62,640 bases of DNA from an uncultured Bdellovibrio sp. (GTDB taxonomy: Bacteria; Bdellovibrionota; Bdellovibrionia; Bdellovibrionales; Bdellovibrionaceae), in NCBI GenBank assembly GCA_963932905.1, contig CAWVRN010000029.1, positions 1 through 62,640 of the forward strand, read 5' to 3'. Made by a program: the position numbers and the translations under genes. The stretch's first letter is position 1; the number at the start of each line of letters is the position of its first letter. Of this stretch, positions 1 to 10,259 are shown piece by piece. Below the pieces are notes generated by a model. The model did not search any database and had not been told where the DNA came from. It worked only from the letters and a program-made list of their open reading frames with translations.

Positions 1-54
1 ACTGTCTTTCCAATAGATTTTAGCTTCTTAGCCGCAAGCTAAGGAGCCAGTTCT
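1..54 (-). repeat. Partial copy (cut by window edge) of the REP/REPIN-like element at 33721-33980
   Basis: Reverse complement matches 33720-33773 at 53 of 54 nt; contains hairpin CTTAGC-CGCAA-GCTAAG. Confidence 0.9.
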
Positions 55-126
55 AGGCTTTTTAGATCCAGATAAAGAAAAATTCATTGGATAATAGCTA
101 AGCGGCTTTTTATTCTAGCTGTATCT

Positions 127-621
127 ATGCAAAAAAAATTATTGATCGTCGATGACGAGGCAGACATTCGTGATACTTTAGCAGAGACGCTCAAAGTACT
201 GGGGGCAGAGATTTATTTGGCTCAGGATGGGATTGAGGCGCTTGGGGTGATTCAATCCCTTAAAATCACGGCCGTTATTAGTGACGTGAACATGCCTTTG
301 ATGAAAGGCACAGAGTTATTAAGCAAAATCCGCGAACTGGGTTACCTGACTCCGTTTGTTATTTTGACTGCCTACGGCGATAAGAAAATGGCGTTAGAAG
401 CTTTGCGGTTAGGAGCCTTTGACTTTATCGACAAGCCTTGGTCGATCGATAAACTGAATTCTGTAACAGAAAAAATATTAGAAATAGGGAGCGAAATTAT
501 CTTTTGGGAAAACGAAGTTGATATTCAGCGCTCTGTTTTTAGTTACCAAGATGAAAACTCGCAAAGAATCATCGCTGCATTGACTCGTGAGCAAGGCTTT
601 GATTTCAAAAAAAAGTTATAA
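127..621 (+). CDS. Response regulator (receiver domain plus short tail)
   Basis: LLIVDDE, ISDVNMP (phospho-Asp), ILTAYG, FIDKP. Confidence 0.9.
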   Translation: MQKKLLIVDDEADIRDTLAETLKVLGAEIYLAQDGIEALGVIQSLKITAVISDVNMPLMKGTELLSKIRELGYLTPFVILTAYGDKKMALEALRLGAFDFIDKPWSIDKLNSVTEKILEIGSEIIFWENEVDIQRSVFSYQDENSQRIIAALTREQGFDFKKKL

Positions 622-703
622 ACGCGCAGCCGTTAGCCTTTAAAACAGTTGAATTCCCTGATTGGGCCTTGATATAAACATCTGATCAATTAGGGGAGAA
701 TCA

Positions 704-2851
704 ATGTTCAATATTAATCGTTTTTTTGTTGTGTCTATGTTGACGTTAGTATCTGCGGCTGGAATGGCGGCAAAAACTGCGGCTAAAGCACCAACTAATC
801 CACTACTCGTGAACTGGTGGAATGGTCCTCATGGTGGTGTGCCAGCATTTGATAAAGTTAAAATTGCCGATTTCCAACCAGCAATGGAAGAAGGGATGGC
901 TCAGGCTAGAAAAGCTATCGACGTGATTGCAAGCAATCCAAAAGAAGCTACATTTGAAAATACAATTCTTGAAATGGAAAAATCGGCACGTGTCCTTGAG
1001 CGTGTGATGACTTACTATAGTGTTTGGAGCGGTGGTTTAAACACGGCTGAATTCCAAGAAGTAGAGAAAATCATGTCGCCTAAATTAGCTGCATTCGAAG
1101 ATGAAATCATTCAAAACTCAAAATTATTCAAGCGTATTGAAGCTGTTTATAATTCTCCGGCAAAGGCGAAGTTGACAGGCGAACAACAACGTTTGGTTTG
1201 GTACCAATACAATAAGTTTATCTTAAAAGGTGCTAAGTTAGACGATAAACAAAAAGCACGCGTAAGCGAGATCAATCAACGTCTAGCTCAACTAGCAACT
1301 CAGTTCAGTCAGAATCAATTAGCTGACGAAGCTAACATTTCCATGACGTTAGATAAAGCATCGGACCTTGACGGTTTGCCTCAAGCATTGATCGATGCCG
1401 CGGCTGAAGAAGCCGCGAACCAAAAGAAGCCAGGAAAATGGGTTTTGACTAACACTCGTTCTAGCATTGAGCCGTACTTAACTTATGCAACCAACCGTGA
1501 TCTTCGTGAGAAAGCATTTAAGATGTGGACATCGCGTGGTGATAACGGCAATGCGAATGACAACAATAAAGTTATCCCTGAAGTTCTAAAACTACGCACA
1601 GAACGTTCTAAAATTTTAGGTTTTGAAACCTACGCACATTGGAATTTAGCCGATAACATGGCTAAAGACCCAGCTAAAGCCATGGATTTAATGATGCAGG
1701 TTTGGAAACCAGCCGTGGTTCAAGTCAAAGCGGAAGTTAAAGACATGCAAGCCATCGTTGACCAAGAAAAGGGTGGCTTTAAAATTCAGCCTTGGGATTA
1801 TCGTTTTTACGCAGAAAAAGTTCGTAAGGCTAAATATGATCTAGACATGAATGCGGTTAAGCCATACTTGCAATTGTCACAAATTCAAAAAGGTTTGTTT
1901 TTCACGGCCGAAAAACTTTTCGGTTTGAAATTTAAACAATTGAAAGGAGTCCCTGTATTTCACCCAGATGTGACTGTTTACCAAGTCACTAAAGGTGGTA
2001 AAAAGGTCGGTCTATGGTATTTCGATCCTTACGCACGCCCAGGTAAAAACTCGGGTGCATGGATGAGTGCTTACCGTGAACAAAGCAAAATCGACAAGAA
2101 ACCATTAACGACGATCGTTTCTAACAATTCCAACTTTATCAAAGGTAAACCAGGCGAGCCTGTGCTGTTGTCTTGGGATGATGCTGTGACTATGTTCCAT
2201 GAATTTGGACATGCTCTGCATGGTTTAAATTCAAACGTAACATACCCAACTTTGTCTGGGACAAATGTTCCAACAGATTACGTTGAATTCCCTTCGCAGG
2301 TATTGGAAAACTACCTAGAAACTCCGGAGGTTTTGAAGCTTTTAACGAATGTTAAAGGTGAAGCGATTCCTAAAGACTTGATTGCTAAAATCGAAAAAAC
2401 AAAATCATTCAACAGCGGTTTTACAACGGTTGAATTCTTGGCTTCTGCTATCGTGGATATGAAACTTCATATGTCGCCGGATACCAATATCGATACAGCG
2501 AAGTTTGAAAAATCGGCGTTGAAAGAATTAGGAATGCCATCTGAAATCGTTATGCGCCATCGTTTGCCTGCGTTTGGTCACTTGTTCTCTGGCGAAGGCT
2601 ATGCCGCTGGATACTATAGCTACCTTTGGTCACAAGTTTTAGATCATGATGCCTATGAAGCATTTGTTGAAGCGGGTAATCCTTATGATAAAGCAACGGC
2701 TAAGAAATTAGTGGATTATGTTTTTTCTGTTGGAAATACTATCGATCAAAACGAAGGATACCGTTTATTCCGTGGCCGTGATGCTAAAGTTGATGCTTTA
2801 CTAAGAGCCCGTGGATTCCCAGTTCCTGAGCTAAAAGTTGACACTAAGTAA
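704..2851 (+). CDS. dcp: M3 family peptidyl-dipeptidase (Dcp-like), exported
   Basis: Signal peptide; FHEFGHALH zinc motif, DYVEFPSQ, GYAAGYYSYLWS; SD GGGGAG. Confidence 0.9.
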   Translation: MFNINRFFVVSMLTLVSAAGMAAKTAAKAPTNPLLVNWWNGPHGGVPAFDKVKIADFQPAMEEGMAQARKAIDVIASNPKEATFENTILEMEKSARVLERVMTYYSVWSGGLNTAEFQEVEKIMSPKLAAFEDEIIQNSKLFKRIEAVYNSPAKAKLTGEQQRLVWYQYNKFILKGAKLDDKQKARVSEINQRLAQLATQFSQNQLADEANISMTLDKASDLDGLPQALIDAAAEEAANQKKPGKWVLTNTRSSIEPYLTYATNRDLREKAFKMWTSRGDNGNANDNNKVIPEVLKLRTERSKILGFETYAHWNLADNMAKDPAKAMDLMMQVWKPAVVQVKAEVKDMQAIVDQEKGGFKIQPWDYRFYAEKVRKAKYDLDMNAVKPYLQLSQIQKGLFFTAEKLFGLKFKQLKGVPVFHPDVTVYQVTKGGKKVGLWYFDPYARPGKNSGAWMSAYREQSKIDKKPLTTIVSNNSNFIKGKPGEPVLLSWDDAVTMFHEFGHALHGLNSNVTYPTLSGTNVPTDYVEFPSQVLENYLETPEVLKLLTNVKGEAIPKDLIAKIEKTKSFNSGFTTVEFLASAIVDMKLHMSPDTNIDTAKFEKSALKELGMPSEIVMRHRLPAFGHLFSGEGYAAGYYSYLWSQVLDHDAYEAFVEAGNPYDKATAKKLVDYVFSVGNTIDQNEGYRLFRGRDAKVDALLRARGFPVPELKVDTK

Positions 2852-2879
2852 GCACTAAAGTCATAGTGTATTTGAAAAT

Positions 2880-2910
2880 GCGGGCGCCTAAAGGGTGCCC
2901 GTTCTATTTT
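2880..2910 (+). terminator. Probable intrinsic terminator after dcp
   Basis: GCGGGCGCC/GGTGCCCGT stem followed by T-rich tail. Confidence 0.6.
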
Positions 2911-2942
2911 GATTTAGGTCTAGCTAGATGGGGTTCCTAGAC

Positions 2943-2970
2943 TACACGGAATAGGGGTTTCTTCCGAAAC
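2943..2970 (+). promoter_or_regulatory. Putative sigma28 (FliA) promoter, likely leaderless
   Basis: TACA-N16-TCCGAAAC, ATG 6 nt downstream; same geometry as the sites at 6715 and 47658. Confidence 0.4.
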
Positions 2971-2976
2971 TTCTAT

Positions 2977-5424
2977 ATGGTCACAACTACCAAAATTTCA
3001 TCCCGAATGATCAGTTTGTTTCTGGCAACAACGGTTATCGTCGTTTCCCTTCTGGCGATGGTGGGGTGGCATTTTGATATCTCTATTTTAAAAACTTTGA
3101 TTCCTGGTTACATTACGATGAAATTCAATACAGCATTGGTTTTGCTGTGTTTTGGTATAGTGCAAGGCGTGTTAAGTGTAACCCGTGCTAAACGTGCAAA
3201 ACAGATCGCGCTTGGATTTCTAATTTTCGGGACAGTGATTGCGTTGGTTACTCTAGCTCAATATGTTTTTGGTGTTGATTTTAGAATTGATGAGCTTGTG
3301 TATCCAGATGTTGAAGGTATTGGGAAAACCTATCCTCCAGGGCGTTTGGCGCCGGTAACGGGTATTAACTTTTTGCTATTGAGTGTTTCCGTTTACTTGG
3401 CCTTTTTTAAAAAGCGTCCGGCCTATAAATTAAGCCAAATCGTTTTAGTAGCTACTGCCGTTATTTCCCTTCAGGCACTGGTTACCTACATTTTAGGAAT
3501 GCAGTTGTCGCCGGGTATCGCCACGCATGCCCGTATGGCAATACACACTGCGTGTTCGTTTATATTCTTGGGAGCTGGTTTTTTGTTTTTGCAGCTGTCC
3601 CGCGGGTACATGCTAGTTTTTGTCTCGTCAACCCCAGCGGGATCGTCGGCACGCAAGCTGATTAGCATGGCGATTTTGACGCCGCCTTTTTTTAGTATTT
3701 TAGAATTTTTAGGGGCCAAGTATCAGCTGTTTGGTCCTGATTTTGGTGCTGTTGTGCGCGTGATTGGAACAGCGATGATTTTTGTTGTCGTGATTTGGCG
3801 CACTACCGATCAACTGCATATGTCGGCGCGGGATCGTCGTCGTCAGCAGCACAAGTTGATTCAATCGCAACGGGATATTTTAGCGTTGATGAAGCAGGAA
3901 CAGGAAGCGACTGCGGCCAAACAAGAAGCTCTACGTATGACGAAAGTAAAATCTGATTTTCTGGCCAGTATGAGCCATGAAATTCGAACGCCGCTGAATG
4001 GTATCATGGGTATGCTCGCTTTATTATCTAACACCGAGCTAAATTCATTGCAGAAGAATCTCGTTCAAACGATGGATATGTCATCGCAAGTCTTATTGAC
4101 CCTAATCAATCAAATTTTGGATTTATCTAAAATAGAAGCTGAAAAAATCGACTTTCTAGAAAACAATTTTGAGCTGAAAGCGATTGTCGAAGGGGCGATT
4201 GCTATTGTGGAATTGTCGGCTCGTCAAAAACAGTTGATTTTAGCGCCGCAGATTCATTCCGATGCCGTGGGTTTCTATTTAGGCGATTCATTTCGTATTC
4301 AACAAGTCTTGCTAAATTTGCTGAATAATGCCGTTAAGTTTTCAGAACGTGGAATCATCACCTTGAAAATTTCAAAGTTGAAATCGGTCGGCGATGAATC
4401 AACGCTGCTATTTGAAGTCATAGATAATGGGGTTGGTGTCGATGAAGCTGGTCAAAATAAATTGTTTGAGGCTTTCTCGCGAATTGAGACATCAGGGGTT
4501 CGACCGGGTGAGGGCGGTACGGGTTTAGGATTGGCTATCTCTAAAAAATTAGTTGAATTAATGCGTGGTCGAATCGGGGTGGAAAGTAAAAAGGGTCAGG
4601 GATCGCGGTTTTTCGTTGAGTTACCTTTGAAAAATTCCAATGTGGTGTCTTTGCCAGTTTCCATGGACCAGAAATCAGGACTCATAAAAGACAAAATCTC
4701 AGGCCACGTACTTGTTGCGGAAGACAACAAAGTAAACCAACGAGTGACTTTTAGTATGCTCGAAATTTTAGGCTGTACGATTAAGGTTGTAGAGAATGGC
4801 GGGCAGGCAATTGAGGCGCTACGCAGCGAACACTTTGATATCATACTAATGGATGGTCAGATGCCCGAGATGGATGGCTACGAGGCTACGCGTCGTATTC
4901 GCAAGGGTGAGGCGGGTGATCAAAATACAAAGATCCCAATTTTGGCGGTTACGGCGAATGTTGTTCAAGGTAGTGCACAAAATTGCTATGATGCTGGTAT
5001 GAACGATTTCATCAGTAAACCGATCGATTTTGATGATTTCACGTATAAGGTAAAAAAGTGGATTTCCCGGGGGCGTAGTGTGATAGATAAGAAAGCGATA
5101 GAGACGTTGCAACAACTAGCGACGGGCGGAAATAAAAATCTTATCAAAGACTTAGTGGGTTTGTTTAAACAAGAAACCGCGTCGGTTCTAAGGAGTCTTC
5201 GTGAACAGACCGAACAGGGTGACTTCGTTGCGGCTGCGAAATTAGCTCACCATTTGAAATCTTCGTGCGCTAACCTGGGGGCGTACAAAATGCAGGAATT
5301 GACTGAAAAAATTGAAAAACTAAAAACGTCGGGGACCCGAGATCAGGTTTTGCCATTAGTGGATGCGTTGGAAAAAGAATTTCATTTAGCCTCTTCCGAA
5401 TTGCAAAAATATATGGCATCTTAA
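2977..5424 (+). CDS. Membrane hybrid sensor histidine kinase (multi-TM, HisKA, HATPase, REC, HPt)
   Basis: FLASMSHEIRTPLNG, NLLNNAVKF, GGTGLGLAI, ILMDGQMP, AHHLKSS. Confidence 0.95.
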   Translation: MVTTTKISSRMISLFLATTVIVVSLLAMVGWHFDISILKTLIPGYITMKFNTALVLLCFGIVQGVLSVTRAKRAKQIALGFLIFGTVIALVTLAQYVFGVDFRIDELVYPDVEGIGKTYPPGRLAPVTGINFLLLSVSVYLAFFKKRPAYKLSQIVLVATAVISLQALVTYILGMQLSPGIATHARMAIHTACSFIFLGAGFLFLQLSRGYMLVFVSSTPAGSSARKLISMAILTPPFFSILEFLGAKYQLFGPDFGAVVRVIGTAMIFVVVIWRTTDQLHMSARDRRRQQHKLIQSQRDILALMKQEQEATAAKQEALRMTKVKSDFLASMSHEIRTPLNGIMGMLALLSNTELNSLQKNLVQTMDMSSQVLLTLINQILDLSKIEAEKIDFLENNFELKAIVEGAIAIVELSARQKQLILAPQIHSDAVGFYLGDSFRIQQVLLNLLNNAVKFSERGIITLKISKLKSVGDESTLLFEVIDNGVGVDEAGQNKLFEAFSRIETSGVRPGEGGTGLGLAISKKLVELMRGRIGVESKKGQGSRFFVELPLKNSNVVSLPVSMDQKSGLIKDKISGHVLVAEDNKVNQRVTFSMLEILGCTIKVVENGGQAIEALRSEHFDIILMDGQMPEMDGYEATRRIRKGEAGDQNTKIPILAVTANVVQGSAQNCYDAGMNDFISKPIDFDDFTYKVKKWISRGRSVIDKKAIETLQQLATGGNKNLIKDLVGLFKQETASVLRSLREQTEQGDFVAAAKLAHHLKSSCANLGAYKMQELTEKIEKLKTSGTRDQVLPLVDALEKEFHLASSELQKYMAS

Positions 5425-5580
5425 GGATTCTGGACTTGTTTTTGATTTCGGTCGAAGTAACATAATTCAATCAACTTAATTTAACAGAAACTAGAGTTGA
5501 ATTACCGAGCATGTATATACTTAAATGAATTAGTAGGGGAGTTAATTTAATGTATTCACAAGGTGTTCTAGGATCTCGTC

Positions 5581-6306
5581 ATGGGTAGCGATAGAATTTT
5601 ATTAGTGGAAGACGCGCTGAGTATGCAATTAGTAGTACAGGCTGCAGTCGGTAGTTTGTGTACTCTGACATGTGTGACTACCATCACAGATGCAGAACGT
5701 GAACTAGCAACTGGTCCTTACGCTCTATTACTGCTTGATGTTGAGCTTCCAGACGGTAACGGTTTCGAATTTTGCAAAAAAATTCGGGATCAGCAAAGAT
5801 TTCAAAATTTACCCATCATCTTTTTAACATGGAAAGCAGACGTGGATCACCGCGTTCTTGGCTTCTCTTTGGGTGCTGATGACTACATCGTTAAACCCAT
5901 TGAACCAAAAGAGTTTTCAGCCCGTATAGAATCAAAATTAAAACGTCGTCCTCAAGGTCCGTTGCAAACAACATTTCGCAAATCAGATTTTCGCGTCGAT
6001 TTAACATCGCACAGAATTTTCTTAGTCCCGTCGGGTGGGCCAGAAACCGAACTGAATTTAACTCCGATCGAGTTCAAGTTGCTAGTGCACTTCCTAAGAA
6101 ACGAAGGTGTTGTGATTTCTCGCGAGGAATTGTTGGTCGCTGTGTGGGGTGATTCCGTTCACGTTTCTGCACATACGATCGATACCCATATTTCGTCTTT
6201 ACGTAAGAAAATTTCAATTACAGGTCATCATTTAAAAGCGGTTGTTAAGAAAGGCTATTGCTTTTCTATTCAGCCTTCGGTGGCTAAGTCTGAGGCGGGA
6301 ACTTAA
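5581..6306 (+). CDS. OmpR/PhoB-family DNA-binding response regulator
   Basis: LLDVELPDGNG, GADDYIVKP, LTPIEFKLL, TIDTHISSLRKK. Confidence 0.93.
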   Translation: MGSDRILLVEDALSMQLVVQAAVGSLCTLTCVTTITDAERELATGPYALLLLDVELPDGNGFEFCKKIRDQQRFQNLPIIFLTWKADVDHRVLGFSLGADDYIVKPIEPKEFSARIESKLKRRPQGPLQTTFRKSDFRVDLTSHRIFLVPSGGPETELNLTPIEFKLLVHFLRNEGVVISREELLVAVWGDSVHVSAHTIDTHISSLRKKISITGHHLKAVVKKGYCFSIQPSVAKSEAGT

Positions 6307-6389
6307 GTTCTCGCTCGCTCTCTCTTTCGTCGCTTTTAATTCTTACCCACGTCAGCCATTTTTTATCATCCGTTCGTTCCCTAGAGCTT

Positions 6390-6658
6390 CACCGAAAAAT
6401 CGAAGGCGTTAGGGACTGGTGATCGCTAATCAGATTGGTGTCTGTGGCGCTAAAGACTGGAATGTAAATGACCGTCGTGATGTCACCGGTTCTTCGGACG
6501 ATATTTCTTGCTACAACATCCGTGTTCCAAGACAAGAATTCAACGTATATCGTATTGATAACGGTGATACGTTATATTTCGGTACTCATGACAAATCTAA
6601 CTCTTCTGAGTCAAGACCTACCTCAATCAAGACTGAGCTGAAATACACAGCTGAATAA
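6390..6658 (+). pseudogene. Probable 3' remnant of an exported protein gene
   Basis: 79-aa ORF with GTG start and no clear SD, in-frame TAG at 6410; reads like a C-terminal domain (CGAKDW...TLYFG...RPTS) and ends in a small hairpin. Confidence 0.45.
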
Positions 6659-6714
6659 TTCGGCTCTAAAAACGTAAAGACTGAAAAAGAGTCTCGTTAT
6701 GAGGCGCTTTTTTT

Positions 6715-6742
6715 TCAAGTGAAGTGGCAGAAAAGCCGATCA
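6715..6742 (+). promoter_or_regulatory. Putative sigma28 (FliA) promoter, likely leaderless
   Basis: TCAA-N16-GCCGATCA; ATG 7 nt after the -10 element; no SD. Confidence 0.6.
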
Positions 6743-6749
6743 GTTCCAT

Positions 6750-9700
6750 ATGAAAAAATATCTAATTTATGGCCTTGGGCTGATCCTTGTATTTACAATT
6801 TCGTGTACGCGTTCAGCGAGTGATAAAAACGGCGCGCAGGTAGTTATTCAAATACCTACTAGCAGTCAACTTCAGGCAAAACTGCAAAATATTTCTGCTA
6901 ACAATTACGTAAATAAATTAATTCAAAAAAGTTCTTTGCAAACAATGAGCAGCGATCCCGCGCCAACTGGATTTGAGGGGACACGCCCGCTGAATTGTTT
7001 CGCTGTCGCGCTTTCTGGTCCAATCGAAGCGTTACGGCGTAATCATTGCTATAAGAAAGCAACAACCCTTGGTGCGCCACTTTCATTTTATGTGGGTCCT
7101 TTAAGTAAAATTGTGGGAACTGGCGCGCAAATCGTAATGGAGGATTTAGAGAGTGGGCCTGGGCGGATATTTCGATTGGTTGGTTTTCACTCTAAAAGTG
7201 GTGATTGCCCAGCATTAGAGACCAGTCACGATAATTACGGTAATGGGTATTTGATGGCTGAAACGGGTGCCATTAATTTGGAAGCTGGTAAAACAATGAC
7301 TATCCAAATGAATATGACATTTGATACCGATAAGTTTATCGATCGTTGTGATGGTCCCGATTTTCCGGAAGGCAATGGCGGTGGCAGTGGTGATAATCCA
7401 GCCACTCGTTTAGTTATCAAAAAAGATTTCTTTCCTGTTAATCAAATTGTCGAAAGCACATGTCAGGCTGTCGATATCGTAGGACAAAATGCTTATAGCG
7501 ATTATGCCAGTGTAAAATCAGCGACGACGTTTAAGTTGTTGGGCAACGGATCCGCATTAACGATGTATAGTACATATGAAAATTGTACTACAAATAGTTC
7601 CGTTAGCGAGCTGACCTTTATAGCAGGCCAAGATCGTAAACAAGTTTGGTTTATGGCGCCCTCGAAAAATGCAGCGACTTATTTAGATCTGGATATTTCA
7701 TTTGGATCGAATCCTGATGCTTTATCGAGTGGGGCGTTGGTCGGAGTCCAAGTTCGTAGCTATGACGAAAAATCATTTGAAATCTATGCGCCCCAGCGAA
7801 TTCTTGCTGAAGGCTGTTATGAAATCAAGGTCGATGCAAAGTATATGAATAATTCGATTTATTCCGCTCACTATTCACCTGCATCCATTAGCGTGACTAA
7901 CGGCAGTTTATATTCTGACTCTTCGTGCACAACACAAACTACCAGCGTGAATTTTTCAACGGGAAAATCCTCTTCACCCATTTATTTAAAAACAGCGGCT
8001 TCTTTTGGAACTAAAGTTTCAATCGTCGCTAGTTATAGCGGATTCATTGACGGTAGGAAAACGATTGAGGTAGGTTCTGGCAGTCAAACGCTGGCTAATA
8101 TTGAAGTTCGTCATAGCAATCAAACTATCATCGGCGAGTGTGTAAATGCATCCGTTACGTTTCTGAATGAAAACTACACAGCTATTGTTATACCCGCGGC
8201 TGTTATTCTCAATTTTTCCGGCGGCGGTTCAACGGCCAATTTCTTTTCCGATCAATATTGTGGGGCGAACAGTAATGGTGTTCAAGTCGCCTCGGCGGGA
8301 GTTTCGTCGACAGAATTTTCTTTTTCACCGTTGACCTATGGCATTCAGTCGATTCAGCTAACAACGACGGGTGTATCGGCCTACAGCATGAATTATTTTG
8401 CAAACTACCGGTATAAATTGTCTGTTTATGCGAACTCATACTCGATGGCTCCTGGTACGTGTGTTGGAGCCACAATTTACACCCAATATCAAAATGGATA
8501 TTCGGCGTATTTAAATACGGCAACAGCGGTATCAGTGACAACTCCGTTTCCTATGTATTCTGATTCTAGTTGTAAAAACAGTCTTGGAAACGTAGCGACG
8601 ATCCCTGCAAATTCAAATATGGTCGCCGTGTTTTTTCAGCCTGATAATCTGACTCCGATCGCAATTGATGGGAACATTGTTTTTCAAGCGCCAGGACTAT
8701 CGCAAACAAACATTTCATTTAATGTGGGTTCGCGACCGTCATTAGCAACCGTTTGGGGACTATCAGCGCATAAAGTAGCGTCGAATTTTCCACTTGATTT
8801 AAAATTATTAATGATCCCGTTCACGGGGTTACCTCCATTTGTAATCACCAAAACTGCGGGCACAGGGGTGCTCAATGGTGATATCTATTTTCCAGTAGTT
8901 GCAGAAACCGCAGCGTTCACTGTGGCCGATAATTCAGGAGTATCATTTAATTTTACAGCACAAACAGTGCAAAGTGTATTCGCTAACAATTTCACCGCAC
9001 AGCAATTGCCGGCGGGATACAGCTTTACCCGCGCTAGTGGCGGTAAGTATTACGATGCCTCCGGTACGTTGGTGGATGCCTCCGCCGGAACGCCTCGGTT
9101 TGATCGAAATCCTGATCCATCCACGTCCTACAGTTCGTTAGGGTTATTGATCGAGCCTGCTAGCACGAATTTGGTGGTATACAGCAGCTATATGTCAGCT
9201 GGTAACTGGAATAAGTCGTTTTCTAATATTGCATCGTCGTCCGTGATTCAGGATCCCGCAGGGAACAGTTATAGCGATGTGATTGCTTGGAACAATCCGA
9301 CATATACAAATATGGCTTATGCATCATCACAGGCGGTGGCGCCATCCCCTGGTTCTGTATATTCAGGTTCTGTTTTCGTGAAAAAAGATACGGCCCGTTT
9401 TGTGGGAATGAAAATTCATGAATACGGCGGCAGTTACGGATATTCCGGTGTTGTTCTGGATTTAGACACGGGAAATGTCGTGGGGATGTACGATCCTTGG
9501 AGTGGGGATGTGAGTTCAAATTTTGGTGTACAGAAATTGAAAAATGGCTGGTTTAGAATTTGGACTAACTATATGGCAAAGGGTGGTTCCGGTATTCAAC
9601 TGTATTTGTATCCTGTTTATCATGGAGGATCTACGCTCTCGCCCAATCGAGACAATACAGTGAGCGGACAGACTTATTTCTGGGGTGCGCAGCTAGAAAT

Positions 9701-10259
9701 TGGCGAGTCAGCGACTTCGTATATAGCGACGTCAGGTGCGGCCGCTTCCCGAAATGCTGACGTATTCTCTGTCGATATTAGTTCAGGAGCGCCCTCTTAT
9801 GCGTCAGCGACTGAAAGTTCCATTCGTTTTGAATACTCACGTCCTGAAGGTAGTCGACCCAACGCGGGAGCTTTGTTTGCTGTTTGTGGTTCAAATTGTG
9901 CGTCGGAACGATTTGGTGCCAATGTTTACTATGGCGATGCCGTAGGTTTTGAAATGCTGTCGGTAGGCGGTTCAGAGTACTACACATTGTATTCAAGCGG
10001 TTTTGCGGCTGTTAAGGGAATTAACAAAATCGCAATGAGTTTTTCGAGCTCTTCTTCGTATGGTTTTAACTGGGCACTGAATTCATCGGCCGGTACAAAT
10101 GCAGCTACTTATATTACAAATCATCCCACGCTTTCGGGTGGAAGGATGTATTTTGGTAGCGACTACAATGGACTGAACCAATCCACAATTCACTTGCGCA
10201 GCTATGAGTTGTGGATTGATAAAATTTCTGGTCCTGGTTTAAAGACAATGACAAAATAG
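6750..10259 (+). CDS. Large surface lipoprotein: Cys-containing beta-rich repeats plus a C-terminal phage fibre/spike-like lectin domain
   Basis: Lipobox-like VFTISC; four (Y/F)SDxxC-type modules; C-terminal FTRAS...PRFD...GLLIEPASTNL...WGAQLE...TSYIAT...RNAD signature. Confidence 0.7.
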   Translation: MKKYLIYGLGLILVFTISCTRSASDKNGAQVVIQIPTSSQLQAKLQNISANNYVNKLIQKSSLQTMSSDPAPTGFEGTRPLNCFAVALSGPIEALRRNHCYKKATTLGAPLSFYVGPLSKIVGTGAQIVMEDLESGPGRIFRLVGFHSKSGDCPALETSHDNYGNGYLMAETGAINLEAGKTMTIQMNMTFDTDKFIDRCDGPDFPEGNGGGSGDNPATRLVIKKDFFPVNQIVESTCQAVDIVGQNAYSDYASVKSATTFKLLGNGSALTMYSTYENCTTNSSVSELTFIAGQDRKQVWFMAPSKNAATYLDLDISFGSNPDALSSGALVGVQVRSYDEKSFEIYAPQRILAEGCYEIKVDAKYMNNSIYSAHYSPASISVTNGSLYSDSSCTTQTTSVNFSTGKSSSPIYLKTAASFGTKVSIVASYSGFIDGRKTIEVGSGSQTLANIEVRHSNQTIIGECVNASVTFLNENYTAIVIPAAVILNFSGGGSTANFFSDQYCGANSNGVQVASAGVSSTEFSFSPLTYGIQSIQLTTTGVSAYSMNYFANYRYKLSVYANSYSMAPGTCVGATIYTQYQNGYSAYLNTATAVSVTTPFPMYSDSSCKNSLGNVATIPANSNMVAVFFQPDNLTPIAIDGNIVFQAPGLSQTNISFNVGSRPSLATVWGLSAHKVASNFPLDLKLLMIPFTGLPPFVITKTAGTGVLNGDIYFPVVAETAAFTVADNSGVSFNFTAQTVQSVFANNFTAQQLPAGYSFTRASGGKYYDASGTLVDASAGTPRFDRNPDPSTSYSSLGLLIEPASTNLVVYSSYMSAGNWNKSFSNIASSSVIQDPAGNSYSDVIAWNNPTYTNMAYASSQAVAPSPGSVYSGSVFVKKDTARFVGMKIHEYGGSYGYSGVVLDLDTGNVVGMYDPWSGDVSSNFGVQKLKNGWFRIWTNYMAKGGSGIQLYLYPVYHGGSTLSPNRDNTVSGQTYFWGAQLEIGESATSYIATSGAAASRNADVFSVDISSGAPSYASATESSIRFEYSRPEGSRPNAGALFAVCGSNCASERFGANVYYGDAVGFEMLSVGGSEYYTLYSSGFAAVKGINKIAMSFSSSSSYGFNWALNSSAGTNAATYITNHPTLSGGRMYFGSDYNGLNQSTIHLRSYELWIDKISGPGLKTMTK

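Noticed and set aside
6692..6706. GTCTC-N5-GAGGC quasi-palindrome, with weaker look-alikes near 15087 and 39066
   Set aside because: Too few and too degenerate within this window to support a shared regulator site.
9020..10259. Prophage suggested by the phage-like fibre domain
   Set aside because: No capsid, terminase, portal, tail or integrase genes nearby, and the domain is fused to a lipoprotein.
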